A DNA stretch of 64,000 nucleotides from Podarcis bocagei (Eukaryota), in NCBI GenBank assembly GCA_964188305.1, contig OZ076889.1. One strand, written 5' to 3'. This document shows, piece by piece, positions 49,637 through 63,257 of this stretch. The position numbers were made by a program, and so were the translations under genes. Under the pieces are notes generated by a model. It saw nothing but the letters and a program-made list of their open reading frames with translations, was not told the DNA's origin and made no database searches. The first letter of the stretch is position 1. The number at the start of each line of letters is the position of its first letter.

Positions 49637-50470
49637 TTAGGAGTATTTTATGCTCTTACTTATTTCTTCACACAGAGGAGGGTGGACTTATACTAGAGTG
49701 GAGTCTAGGAAGTCATCATCATCACAACCGTATGACCAAGAACCTAAAATCATCACATGCTTTAATATGGTGCTTAACATAAAGAATCCAACATCAGATA
49801 TGGCTGCATAAAAGCCTCTTTGTTTGCTAAAGAATTATTTGCAAAACTGTTATCTTCTGCAACAAGACTCTTCCCTCATTTTATTTCTTATGAAATGAAT
49901 TCTCATCCAAATATATATTTAAATCCAAGGCACTGAGCATTCCAGGTAGCAGAAGACTGTATACAGGCCAGAAGTCTCTTTTTCTCTGGGATATGAAAGG
50001 GCACTCATTATTATTATTTTCTTTGGGGGGGATTTGTAATGTAAGAACCACATTCTAAACTCTGTACCAGAGAAATTTTTAAAAAAATTAAACCCCCAGC
50101 CTGCTTCTCTCCCCACAATGTTACCCTTGGCAGCCGAGGGTCTCTGGCTCTTGGAGTCGTCTCCCCCATGGCCTCTTCCAGGCTTGTTTGGACTGCAGGG
50201 CTTATGGAGCCTTCGGGTTCCATGGCCTCTTGCTCTGAACAGGAACAATTCCCATTTCCTAAAATAATGGCCCTGACCAAGCCAAAGAAAACTAAAAACA
50301 ATATATTCATTTAACAACACTAACAATTTCACCAGAACTTGCCAACTCAAATGCTAGCTAACTCATTCCAGAAAGGCTTTCTACTGGACCTGAAGAAATC
50401 CCAAAAAACTCCTCTAGCTGACACTCATCTTTACTTTTGGACACAAGCAGGCCCCTTGGTGGCGGTCGGG

Positions 50471-50498
50471 GTGTGTGTGTGTGTGTGTGTGTGTGTGT
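50471..50498 (+). repeat. (GT)n microsatellite
   Basis: 14 units. Confidence 0.95.
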
Positions 50499-51237
50499 CA
50501 GTATTAGCAGCTCTATGCGGAAGACTTCCATGTCAATTGGCAAGGAGACGCACATCGCCGTTTAAGGAGTCTCCACATTCACTGGCTGAGTCTACAAACA
50601 ACACGAGGGATATTCAAATTACAGACATGAAATCAGCTTCAACAGTCATTCTCCCTTCCCATGAGAGCTTTAGCGCTGCGAGGAGAGCCCAGAGATCTCT
50701 AGACAAATAATTATGCGCACCATTGCCAAACTTAAGTTCCAATACAGAGGTGGTGAACATTTTAAGTAGTATAAAGCCGTTAAATGTCTGAACGTGAAAC
50801 AGGGCAGAAGCAGGTATTGGAAACCTGTGAACCTCCAGAAGCCATTGGACTACAACACCCATCATCACCGGCCAGCCACTGGCCATGCTGGCTGGAGCCA
50901 AGGGAAGTGGGAGTAACGGAAGAGGGAGGACCACAGGCTCTCTGCAGGTATGTGCCTCTGCAGCCTCAGGCACATTTACTCCTTTCTCCTGCTCCCACCC
51001 ACCCCACCCCCCATCAGCAAACATCTCTCTCCCTTCCACTGCACTGCTAGCACTGCATCAGCAGTAGTCAGCGCAGACCACAGTTCACATTAGCCTAAAC
51101 CCAGAGAAATGAATAGTATGAGAGGGGAATCAATGGACATGATCCTGTGGACTTCATTGCAATGGGCTTTAGTGCCTAGGAGTCTCCAGGCAGGAGGGCA
51201 GGGCCCTCCCTCCCTCCCTTGTCCGCCCACAACTTAC

Positions 51238-52300
51238 CGGTGTGGAGATTCAGGGTCAAAGCACGTCTTCTTCACGTTGGTCACTCTGGGGTTGCAACAG
51301 TCCCCGTCGTCAAAATTGTCAAGCATGTTGTTGCATTCCATGTTGCAAACCCCATCCCGGCGCACCCAGTCGTAGCAACGCCCCAGCCGGCGGCAGTCCC
51401 CCCCGTCGTAGCCAGTCAGCGGGTGCTCGCACTCGGGGTCACAGTATTCATTGCCAATCTTGCTGGGCTCACAGTTCATCAGGACCACGCGGTGGCGGAG
51501 CAAGGAGCTCTGCACCTTGTGTACGCTCAGTTGCCAGGTGATGTTATAGCGGCCAAAGGCCCCGCTCAGCACTCGGTGCTGGTGGGCAATCTGCTCCTGG
51601 CTGACAGTAGGATGGAGCCCCTCATCGTCATGAATGTTGACGACCCGGTAACGGACCACCTTCTCATTCCTCAGCGGCCAGTGGCTGTTGTAGTAGGAGA
51701 TCAACTCCACGTTGTCGCAGACGGTCTGCCCACAGAGAGGGGGCACGAGCGGTGAGAAAACCGGAGGCTCTGGCACTTGGAAGGACTCCACCAGGGGGTA
51801 GGCACCATCTTTGAATGTTACCCATTGCTGCTCCAGGCGGCTGAACCTTGCACTGAGCACCATGGTAGCTTCTCTGTCTTCAACCTTTCTCAAGAAAGCT
51901 CTCTGGAGTTTCTCCTGGGGTAAAGCAGCATTCCAAATGGCCAGCAGAGCCAGGTGGCCACGGAAGTGGTGCCCGTCCTCTGAGCTGTCACCTCCCAGAA
52001 TCAAGGTGCGGCAAGAAGCCATGAAGGGACTGTGGAGGGCCCCAGACTGCTGGGAACTACGAGCCACCCGTTCCCCGTTCAGGTACAGCAGCATCTGCTT
52101 CCCGTTGTAGGTGGCAGCCACATGAGCCCACGTATTGAGTTCATAGCGGTGTGGTACCGATATGGTGGAAGATCTCTTGAAGCGGTCTGTCCGGAGTGAG
52201 AAGAAGAAACGGGCATCCTTCTTCCCGGTGTTCTCCTGCGTGCGGATGCCAAGAGTCCAGCCCCTGTCACTGGCAACGTGGGAGCAATTGTCAAACACAC
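51238..52300 (-). CDS. PAPPA2: Pappalysin-2 large coding exon (LamG-like domain, start of protease domain, LNR1-LNR2); equivalent to human exon 3
   Basis: Acceptor tctctctcctccactcag|GTGTGTTT, donor CACCG|gtaagt; 1063 nt, phase 1 to 2. Encodes [74 protein letters not shown]. These are PAPPA2-type rather than PAPPA-type residues. Confidence 0.97.
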
Positions 52301-55300
52301 CTGAGTGGAGGAGAGAGAGAAAAGAAGAAAATTCAGCACAGATGCTAGTACAATGACCACACTACCTCTCAGCTCTAGAACAGGAGGAGTGATTTTAGGA
52401 TGAATCCACACCAGATCTTCAAACTGGCTTGGATCCAAGGGCACTATAGTGGCTACCCTCAAAGAACCCTGGAAACTGCAAGAGATGTGAAGAAGTCTTT
52501 GTTTAAGAGGGATGACAATTTCCAAGGTTTCCTGCTAACAAATCTAAACCAAAACAGGTTGGAAACGCATTTAAAATTTGGTCCACCAGACACCAATTCC
52601 AATTCGGTTCAAATTTGTACCCACAAAGATAGTATCCAACCCTAATCATTAACCTGGGCTGTCTGGAATCTGCTACATCAGTCATGGCACCATGAAGGCA
52701 GTGAGAAAGGGCACATTCGCTGCACCACATCCATCTAAAGATCTTACTGGAGAAAGAAGTGCTTTGTTCCAAATCTGAGGCAAGAAGAGGAGGAAGACAA
52801 GCAGTGTGAAGGCTTCTCTCCAGCACTGAACTTTTTTTTTTGGGGGGGGGGTGTCTCCCAAGTTTGCAGCAAATGCCAGTGGTGACAACTGGCCAGTCCC
52901 TTCAACTGCCACTGAGAAATGCACACACCAAATCCCTGTAGCTGCTCAGAAACGTTTTTATCAGATTGCTTTTTTTAAAGGAAAGCGAACACACTGGCCG
53001 GAGCATAGCAAAAATTATGGCTGAATCAGCATTAACCTCAAAAGAATATACTTCAGTCATCCTAACTGCAAATCTGGGAGAAAATGCATACTGTGGGTGA
53101 GCGCCACCACGGTGACTTCTCTTTAAATAATACGCCAGTCTTCTTGACCCTGCACTGTGAAAACTTCTATAAACTGGAAAACAGCGATCGATGCCTTCCT
53201 GCTGTTGTACAGCTATGCACAATATCATGTTTCACTTTGTAGAAGCCTTATCCTTCCATACACAAACATTCTACTCCTCCTCTGTCTATGATATTGCCAC
53301 CGGACGGTCGTGGGGTGGGCAGTCATTCCATAAGACGACTCAGGCATCTCCAACTCCTGAACTATGCAAAGCTCATCATTATAAGAACTGTGCCTGAGTT
53401 TTATTCCTCTCCCTCTTCCTTCTCTGTCACATTTCTCTTGTATGTGAACTTTTTTCCCCATTTAGATTGTATTATTATTATCATCATCATCATTATCACT
53501 ATTATTTATTATCAACAAAATGTATTATTATTATTATTAATTCATTGTCACTATTATTTGTATTACTAGATCAGGATCTTTGCTTGCAACTCAAGGCGGT
53601 CTGTAGTCTTCAAGGTTGCAGCAGCAACCAAGTCAGGCTGCGTCCAGGGATCAGAACCTGCTTTGTTCAGCTTTGTTCCCTACCAGTGGAGCTATCCAGA
53701 GAGTCAGTGCTGACTGAGCAACTACGGTAAGCCCCTAGGAAAATCGCAGCGGACAGGCCCTGAGTGGCTACTCTTGCTCTCAGTCCTGTCCGTGTTAAAC
53801 AGGCTTATTTCTTGCCTCTTCAACAGAACAATTATTTTCCCAGCTGGCTTACTGGGAGAACTGAATGTAGCCTGGAGAACCACCCTAGCTTCAACTCTGC
53901 AACCAGGCCACTCATATTCTGCAGACTGGGTATTTGCATGCATTTTGCATAAATTAATTGGCTGAAATCACCCATGTTTGAGGATACTTAATTTTTTGCA
54001 GGTGAAAAGGGGGGTGGTAAGTAATTAAAGGAGAATGACATGGAAATATTTCTATGCTCTTGTCCTCTTATCCATGGGGGTTAGAATCATGTTTATTTAA
54101 ATGACATCTGATGACCTTAGGATGCCAAATGTGTTACTAAGTGTGAACAGTTGCAGGAATATCTTGTCAGGGGCTCATTGCCAGCTCCAAAATTCCCTTC
54201 TTGTTGTCAGGGACTCTGAAGCTTGAAGTGGGAACCTCATGGCCTGAAACTGGAGCCCAAACTAGCAAACTGTGCAGTGGACCTGAATGCATTCAACTGC
54301 AAGAACCCTCTTAAGGCACAGAAAGGAATAAGAATACGCAACACTGGCCCCGCCTGAAGCCTCTAGGTTGGCCATTCACAGTAGCTCTTGGCCAGGTCAA
54401 CAGAAGAATGCCTTCTGCTCAGTGAAGCTGGAGAATATATCCACCACATCTAATGAAAGGACATTTTAGCTGTACATTTAAATATTTTTTATAGCTTGAG
54501 GAAATGCTTTCATTAATGTTCTTACCCATCCTGAGCCTTCAAGGTAAAGAAACGTTATGTATTTTAAACACATACAAAAATACTCTGCTACCACTGTTCT
54601 AGAAGCATCCCTTCCCAGAAGATTTCCCTCAAGAATCTACTTCTGTTCACAGCCCCGATCTCTCTTTTAAGGATGAGTTAGCGCAAAACAACCACAAGGA
54701 TGCTTTTTTGCGCTCTCTCTCACTGCCTGTTCCTCACTATCCAGAGGAGGAGCTTCCACACATTCAATTTCATCAACAAGTGTCTGCCTGGAGCTCTGCA
54801 TTGTTACCAAAGGGCTTCCACATCTGGAGCCCCATCTGGCATTGGCAAACTTGCTCCCTCCCCTTGATGCTGTTCCAGCTCTTTGCATTTGCCCACTGCC
54901 GTCCGAGACTTCGCCCTGCTAGAGGCCCAGAAACTACTGCTCCGGAAAAGTCAAGAACATTTTCCGGGCCCCTGCGTCAGAAGCCCAGCCAGCAAGTAGG
55001 AATATGCCCAGGAATGTGTCTGATGCTGCAATCTGAGAGCTCCACTCCAGCATCGCTTCGAACAAGCAAGCAATTCCCTTTGTCAGGAAGCCAACGTGTG
55101 AAACCATCCAACATAGGAGCAAGGAGGTGGAAGCAGGAACTAAGGGGGATCTGGTTCAGAGGAACCTGTAATAAGGGCTTCGGCTCAAGCAGAAAGGAGA
55201 GAACCCAGAGGCCCTCCAGAAGAGCTGTGCAGCAGAAGGTGGCATCTGTTGCAACAGGGCATTGCCAGGAGGTTAGGAAGTGGGAGGATCTAGAGCACAG

Positions 55301-55574
55301 GTGGAGAACCTGTGGCCCTCTGGGAACTTGCTGGACTCCCAGGGGATGATGGGAGTAGGGAGTCCAACAGCACACAGAAAGCCACAGGCTTTCTCCGCAC
55401 ACAATTTCAAGGCTTTGCTTCAAAGTGTCATCCCTGAGAAAAGCTAGTTATGGCCAAGGTTCTAGCATCACACCATAAGACTCAAGAGAAGGCCTAGTCC
55501 TAAGATACACTCAGCGTAAGATACACTGAGTGCTGCTGGTCCCAAAGGCAAGCTGCTAAGCCTCTGGGTGGGGG

Positions 55575-55830
55575 CTGCTCCCTGAGCCATCATAATCACC
55601 AGTTTTGTAACATCCTGGACTGCTTGTCTGCATGCTTCTGGCCTCAATTCAAAGTGCTGGTTTTAACCTTTAAAGCTGTAAATGGTCTGGTGCCAGGATA
55701 TTTGAAGCCACGCCTCCTCCAAGGTCTTCAGAGGAGGCCTCACTGATGGTTACCCTCCTTCATGGAGGTTCTGGTGATGGTTAGCAAGACCTCAACCCTC
55801 CTCTGTGGTGGCTCCCTCTCTTTGGAACTT
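55575..55830 (+). mobile_element. Degraded L2 3' ORF2 fragment
   Basis: caattcaaagtgctggttttaacctttaaagc (QFKVLVLTFKA) shared with 58900-58932. Confidence 0.65.
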
Positions 55831-55842
55831 GACTGCTTTTGC

Positions 55843-56148
55843 AGAGCCAGTGTGGTATGAGAGCCAGTGTGGTGTAGTGGTTAAGAGCGGTAGTCTCGTA
55901 ATCTGGGGAACTGGGTTCACATCCCCGCTCCTCCACATGCAGCTGTTGGGGGACCTTGAGCTAGTCACACTTCTCTGAGTCTCTCAGCCTCAGTCACCTC
56001 ACAGAGTGTTTGTTGTGAGGAGGAAGGGAAAGGAGATTGTTAGCCGCTTTGAGACTCCTTAGGGTAGTGATAAAGTGGGATATCAAATCCTCCTCCTCGT
56101 CTTCTTCTTCTTCTTCTTCTTCTTCTTCTTCTTCTTCTTCTTCTTCTT
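55843..56148 (+). mobile_element. Squam3-type SINE with duplicated 5' end and long (CTT)n tail
   Basis: agagccagtgtggt occurs twice at the head; about 16 CTT units. Confidence 0.88.
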
Positions 56149-58439
56149 GCAAATACCTTCAAATACCTTCCCTGAAGGAGACCCTCTGGTCTATAAATCT
56201 TTGGACTGTGAAGCTCCCTACTGTGGTGAAAGGGGATAGCTAAAAGGAAAAATTGTCTGGAACTCGGGGGGGGGGAGATATATGTAATCAGCTGTTATTG
56301 CATGTTGCTGTTCTGAACCTTGAAGGCTTCAGTCCACCTGTAAATGATTGGCATTTAATCCCCTCCCAGGGGAATCTCTATTGAGCAGAGATTCAGCCCC
56401 AGGTTCCCTCACCCCTTTTTCGCTGGTTCTGCTGCCTTTCCATTATCCCATAACACCTGTTCTCCCTGCTCTCCACCTGTTTTCAGAACATGTTGATAAT
56501 TATTCTTGCAGATGAGGGTAGGAATGAGAAGACTGGGTCTTGGCATAGGATTCAGAAGTCAGTTCCTGACTCAGATCTGGATAATTTATAAACCACACAC
56601 ACACACAGAGACCTTTTTTTAAAAAAAACCCCACACGGGCCATGTGGTTTGAATTAGTGTTACTGATGCGGCTCTCTGTATTGTACTTTAAAATAGGGAG
56701 GAGCAAGATGAAAATGCTTAATACGAGTTTTATTATTCCTCTTGGTGTCATCTTGCCTACTTTCCTTGCTCCATGGTCAGTGATGCTCCCATCCTTAGAT
56801 TGCTTTGACTCCTGGATATTACTATCATGAGTATACTGTGCTGACAATCCTTCTCTGCCATGCACTCCCACCAGGGTGGGGGTGGAAAGGGCAGGATAGG
56901 ACCCAGAGTGAGGTGGCAGACTGTAGGTGGTGGTCTACTGGCCAATTGCCAGGAGACCACCTAGAGCCTGCAGGTTGTTGAGATTCTTGCAAATGATGTT
57001 GACACAGCATGGCTGTTAAGCAAGCACAAAATATTCACTGTGCGTCTTCATTCTGTAAATCTAAAACATGCGGGTGGACAAGAGGGATTTTGATTTTTAA
57101 AAAGAGAAAAAGGTAAACTACATAACAATGAAGTTAGCCCACCCCTGATATGGAACACACTCAGGTTATGCAAGATGCTCTCCATAAACAATTTCTAGTA
57201 TTTTAAAGTGACGAGGGCAGGGTATTATCTATACGGAATACCCCCACAAATGCCATTTTTGGATGACAACCCATCCTATGTCAAGGTGTGGGAGAATGAC
57301 TAGGGCAAGCCTTTGAGAGGAGCAAAATGCATTACATCAGCTCTCCACCTGTTTTCAGAACCTGGTGATAATTATTTTTGTAGATGAAAGGAGGAATGAG
57401 AAAACTGGCCCCTTATGTAAGAAAGATGGCACACTTATAAAGGGGAAAAATACAAGTCTCATAGCTGGCACACTGGCCCTGTAAGGCTTCACCTAATACA
57501 TCCAAGCTACAGTCAGTATTGTTGGAATGTGTGTGAACAAATTGGTTCATGGCTTTGCTCTTAGTGCGAACGTGCAGGAGTTTTGGATTCCTGCACAAAA
57601 ACTTCAAGCAAACCTATACGGAAACAAAATCAAGTGCAGCACATATCTGGAAGTGCCCCAAACTAGCTTCTAAGCAACACTAGGGTGATAAAATCTGCTT
57701 CCGTTTAGGCTGCTTTACGTTGTCCCACAAACTTACCTCATGTTATTTCAGGAGCGTGGATGCAAGAAGAATATCACTAGTTATATTTTACAGACAATAA
57801 TAAGACTAAAATCAGAAAGATTCCCTTTTCTCCTTAAAAATGGCGGTCTCTTTATGTTGTTCTTTGCAGTCTTAGTTGTACTTTTTAAAAAAAGAAAGTG
57901 AGGAACTGAAGGACAGAAGTAGGAGCCCTGGGTTTGGAAACGGTGACCTGAAATTCCCTCCCACATAAACTTTAAACTTCTCTGGTCAGCTACCAGGGGC
58001 TGAGGATATAAATGCAGAAGCTCCCAGGCAATGGCTTTGCCATCAGCCTTCCTGCCAGTCACTCTCTTTCCTTCCTTCTCTAACCAATCAAAGCACTGCC
58101 TGGCTCCCATCCAGGGAAGACTTTGGGTGACAGAAGTACCTAATTGAAAGGGTCTCCCCAGGACTGACTCTCCGGAGGAACAAGGTCATATGCCTTGGAG
58201 GCTTCCAACTTTCCTCTCCTGTGCAGCTGTACAGCCCAACGGCCATTCTGAATAACCCTTTGTGCTTTTTGTCAAGTTGCCCACCTATGACGGTTGCAAA
58301 GGTCCTGCACCTGGCAGACCCCAATGCACGGCAGGTGGACCACATTCAGCTTGGGGAGTTGGGTTCCATGTCATGTTGGTCTGCTCTGGAGATATTTCCA
58401 CATAAGTGCTTGGCTCAAAAAGAGCAGGTGGGGTTTTAA

Positions 58440-59285
58440 AGCTGCTACTGGTTGGAGGATGAATGGCGGCTAACAGATTGAGGTTGAATCCTAACAAGAC
58501 AGAAGTACTTTTGGGGGACAGGAGGCAGGCAGGTGTCCTGAATGGGGTAACTGTGCCCGTGAAGGACCAGGTGCACAGCCTGGGAGTCATTCTGAACTCA
58601 CAGCTGTCCATGGAGGCGCAGGTCAATTCTGTGTCCAGGGCAGCTGTTTATCAGCTCCATCTGGTACACAGGCTGAGACCCTCCCTGCCTGCAGACTGTC
58701 TCGCCAGAGTGGTGCATGCTCTAGTTATCTCCCACTTGGACTACTGCAATGTGCTCTATATGAGGCTACCTTGGAAGGTGACCCGGAAACTACAACTAAT
58801 CCAGAATTCGGCAGCTAGACTGGTGACTGGGGGCGGCCGCCGAGACCATATAACACCGGTCTTGAAAGACCTACATTGGCTCCCAGTACATTTCCGAGCA
58901 CAATTCAAAGTGCTGGTGCTGACCTTTAAAGCCCTAAACGGCTTCGGTCCAGTATACCTGAAGGAGCATCTCCACCCCCATCGTTCTGCCCGGATACTGA
59001 GGTCCAGCGCCGAGGGCCTTCTGGCGGTTCCCTCGCTGTGAGAAGCCAAGTTACAGGGAACCAGGCAGAGGGCCTTCTCGGTAGTGGCACCCGCCCTGTG
59101 GAACGCCCTCCCACCAGATGTCAAAGAGAAAAATAACTACCAAACTTTTAGAAGACATCTAAAGGCAGCCCTGTTCAGGGAAGCTTTTAATATTTAATAG
59201 GTTAATGTATTTTAGTGTTTTGTTGGAAGCCGCCCAGAGTGGCTGGGGAGACCCAGCCAGATGGGCGGGGTATAAATAATAATTA

Positions 59286-59340
<55 letters not shown>
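58440..59340 (+). mobile_element. L2 LINE, 5'-truncated (ORF2 C-terminus, 3'UTR, (ATT)n tail)
   Basis: NRLRLNPNKTE, VHALVISHLDYCN, QNSAARL, HITPVLKDLHWLPV. Confidence 0.93.
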
Positions 59341-60429
59341 GTGACTTCAAATTGTAGGTAACAGGCCAAAACATTTAATGTTCCTCCATCTAAAAAGCTA
59401 GCTGTCAGGGTTATAACATAACTTTTTCTCTAATCTGCTAGCTTTCTATGTGTAGGGAATATGTTTGTATAGAAGAAAATTCACCTTGGGAACGCCCATT
59501 CCCGGCCTGAAATAATACAGTCTAGAAACAGTTTTGCCACATCAAATCCTGCAGTGTGAACTAAGCCTGAGCATTAGAGGTTTCAATCGAACGATCTTTG
59601 AACCGTTCTGTTCTATAGTTCCTTGCTGTTTTAAGGCTGGTGGAATATGTTGTGTTGCACGTCTCAAACACAAGCCATCCTCGCATATCAACATATTTTG
59701 AAAAATCTGAAAACGCTAACAAAGGGTCTCTAGAAACAGAAGCTAGAAAAGCACCTCAGAAAAATCTGGGCTAGAAAGCACATCATTTTCCCCCCAAGCT
59801 GCTCCTTGCAATGCTGCCCTGCCCCCCCCCCCAAAACACATTCCTATAATTATCACATAATTAGCAGGAAATGAAACAGGAGGACTGTAGAAAACAGCTG
59901 CATGGCATAAAAAGGCAATGAAGAGTTCTGAGAAGTTCGGGCCAGAAACTTTTGGCCCACCATTAGAAACACAGCTCACCCGTCACTTGCACAGTGGCTC
60001 TTTTTCTGAGAGCCCAGTAAACTTATTGTCTTTGCCAATGGCCTGGGATGGCAGAAAGGATGGGGCCTGGCAAATGACAGGTGGACTGAATTCAAATCAG
60101 CGGACCACAGGTTGTGCAGACCAGGAGGGAACTGTCCTAGAATTCTTCGGAACGGTCTCCCTAAGCCCACCTGGTGTTTGTGGACTGCCATAATGGTAGG
60201 CATTGGTCAATAAATAAACAAACAAACAAATTTATTATTTGTACCCTGCCCATCAAAGTCTGGTCAATATTGCTTTTTAATTATTATTATTATAGGGCTA
60301 AGAAAAGTGGAATGCTCCCCAGCACCATTTTTTCTTTATTAATTTATATATTGCTTTATATGCCAAAATGGCTTCAAAGCAGTTTACAACTATAAAATCA
60401 ATACATAATTAAGATACACAATTTTTTTT

Positions 60430-61640
60430 TTAAAAAAAAAAAAAACACCTGTCAGTACAATAAGACCAGTTCAGGGGAATGCCTGCCTAAACAGGTGTGT
60501 TTTCGGGAGCCAAAAGAAACTAACATGGATGGGTCGTCTTGCATTTCAGCAGGGATGGCATTCCACCACACTGGTGCCACCACTGGAAAAGCCCACCCCC
60601 GTATTACCACAAGATGATACTTATCAGATCATGGCAAAATCTACCCTGGCCCCTTTAGCTGACAGTGGTGCCCTTACTGGGCAGTGAGGAGGAAGATGGT
60701 CCAGAATTATTTGAGGCTTTGTGTGTAAGTAGCACCACCTTAAACCAGCTCAGTGACTAATAGGCAGCAAGAGCAAATCTCACAATGTATGCCCAATAAA
60801 GGGCCACCACTTGTGAGTTCTGCAACAGCTGCAATCTCCAGACCAGCTTCAAGGGAAGCCTCACCTACAGAGCATCATTAAAATAGCCCAGATGTGAGGT
60901 TACCAATCCACATGTAACAGAGGCCAAGTTCTCCTGTCCAGGAAAGGGCACAGTTGGTGCAGCAGCTGAAGCTAGTGATAGGTGCTCTTCAGAGGGAGGG
61001 CAATCCCATTTGTAACAAGCAGACTCCCCAGTACTTGTGCCCACTTACCCACAGGGTTCAGCTTCGGCCTGTTAACCCTCACCCACTGCACCCAGAGATT
61101 GGTTCAGCTTAGGTACAACCTCTGCCAACTTGGTTTCATTGGGAAAGCAGAGCTGAGCTTCATCAACCTTCTCATGATCACTCCTAATGGCCTCATATAG
61201 CATTGGCCCAAATCAGTGGCGTAGGGTGGGGGGTGCAGGGGGGCCGGCCGCACCGGGCACAACATCTGGGGGTTAGGGTTAGGGGGCGCAAATCCACGGG
61301 TTAGGGGGCGCAAATCCACGGGTTAGGAGGCGCAAATTACTTGCCTTGCCCCGGGTGCTGACAACCCACGCTACGCCACTGGCCCAAATGCAGACACGTC
61401 CTGCCCCACCTCTAATCTCTGGAATCACTGTAAATCAGTGCCTCCCATTCCCAACCCACGGAGACGGTTCAGGGAGACAGCACATTCCATGGTGTCCAAA
61501 GCAGCTGACAGATCTCACAGCATCAGGAGGGCTCTTTTGAGGGTCTCTCCCTCAAAAAAGGTCATCTGTCAGGGTGGCCAGGGCCAGTTGCATGCCAAAC
61601 CCAGGCCTGAACCCAGACTCACAATCTGTTTCCTCCAAGA
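60430..61640 (-). mobile_element. Highly degraded L2 relic hosting the hAT MITE
   Basis: ggcattccac..ggtgccaccactggaaaagccc and related antisense L2 motifs; limits approximate. Confidence 0.45.
61214..61381. mobile_element. 168-bp hAT MITE containing TTAGGG motifs
   Basis: 17-bp TIR CAGTGGCGTAGSGTGGG (one mismatch), perfect 8-bp TSD gcccaaat (61206-61213 / 61382-61389). Confidence 0.92.
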
Positions 61641-63257
61641 GTGCCAGTCAGTTAAACTAGGAAACCTTGCCAGGCTTACCTTCGTGTACGCCAAGGGTGC
61701 CCCCCCCCCAGTGGCAGCGAAGCCAGTGTTTTCTGCTGCTCCGACTCGTTCAGCAGGGCTTGTTTCACAAATGTTTCGAGTTAGACTCAGCTGCTGGCTC
61801 TATAATCCACAGACCCACGCTGAGGGGGTGATGAACCTCTTAACCACAACTTAGCACTTAGGCAGGAAATCTCATCAAATTAATATTTCTAGTTTTGCAC
61901 AGTCTTCGGGAAACTGATGTGGTGAGTGACAAAACAGGCAGCTTACCCAAGCTACATGGTGAGAGCATGTTCCTGCGAAGCCGTTTCATGCTATGAGGTA
62001 ATCCACAAAGCTTCACAGGCACTGTGATGAGCCTTCCCTGGTCCAGATTCTACTCAGAGCGCTTGAGATCACAGGAAAGCAACAGGCACCACAAGAACTT
62101 CAGCATGACTTGAAGCTTGCTCAGCAGTTGGGCTTCTCAGTCACCCCATGTTAAGACTGTGCACGGTATAGCTTTTTAACATTCAAAAAATGCTACACTA
62201 GGTTATGTAGCCCAACCTGAAGCAAAACAGGAATCCAGAATTCTGCAAGCTGCAATTCATTCTGGAAATGTGGAAGTCTGGTTCAATCCATGCAGTGAAT
62301 TTTGCCAAGGCTATCCTTGGTCTAATCCCTATACTAGAGGTTTCCCCAACTACCTGTTGAGACTGCCTTGCTTTTAATGCCCTTGGTCTGGTCTCTTGGG
62401 TGCTTGTCCTGCCCTGGCTTTTATTGTTCTGTTTTATATGTCATCATTACGCTGCTGCCACTCAGCCGTGTTGCTTGCCTTTGTATTACATTTCAATGTT
62501 ATTTTTGGATTCTATCTATTTTATTCTGGGAGCCAGTTTGGAAGCCTATGGGTAGAAAAGCAGTCTAGAAATACTAATTCTATATATAGATATATACTAT
62601 TCCTGCAAATGTTGTTGTTGTTGTTTTAAGTTCTGCATTACCACCGCAGAAAACGATTTCAATCAAGGACTAGCAGAGAGGCAAGGACTTTGAAGGCAGT
62701 AAGGGTGAGAGTGAGGAATTGTATGTGCTCGTAACTAAAGCAGGGAACAAGGTGGGACATTTGAAATGATGTGCCTCCTGACCTCCTCTCATGGAGATCA
62801 CCAGCAGGCTTGTGACCTAATGGATATCGCACGTAGAATTGGTTGCAGGAACAGGCATCTCTAAGCAGGGCCAATGTGCCTGGCCAGAACAACTAAGGCA
62901 GCTTGAAAAAGGACCATCATGATCACGTAAACTGCAGTGACCACATTAACACACACACACACACACCTCAAAGCAGCACTCCATACAAATCAGCCCCACT
63001 ACACAATCTATTGCAGATCAGAAAACCTGTGGAACTCCTGCAAGAGACTACACGGAGACTGGTCCCTAGTAAATACTGGATTTATTTTAAGAAACTGTGG
63101 GGAATTTACGCACCCAGGTGTGTCAGAAAATAATACCACTTGGGCCACTTCCCACAAATATCCAGTGCCTGCATTTGGTCCAATGCCAAACTGTGGTTTA
63201 CTGCAGCCTTACCCAACCTGGCGCCCTCCAGTGGTTTTGGAATACAATTCTTGTCGG

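Noticed and set aside
3416-52300. Calling the gene PAPPA (pappalysin-1)
   Set aside because: Diagnostic segments ([46 protein letters not shown]) match PAPPA2 as I recall the two paralogues
54708-55349. 213-aa ORF, and similar 130-200 aa ORFs at 36990, 37645, 43249 and 51219
   Set aside because: No recognisable domains or splice context; they overlap repeats or are antisense shadows of a real exon
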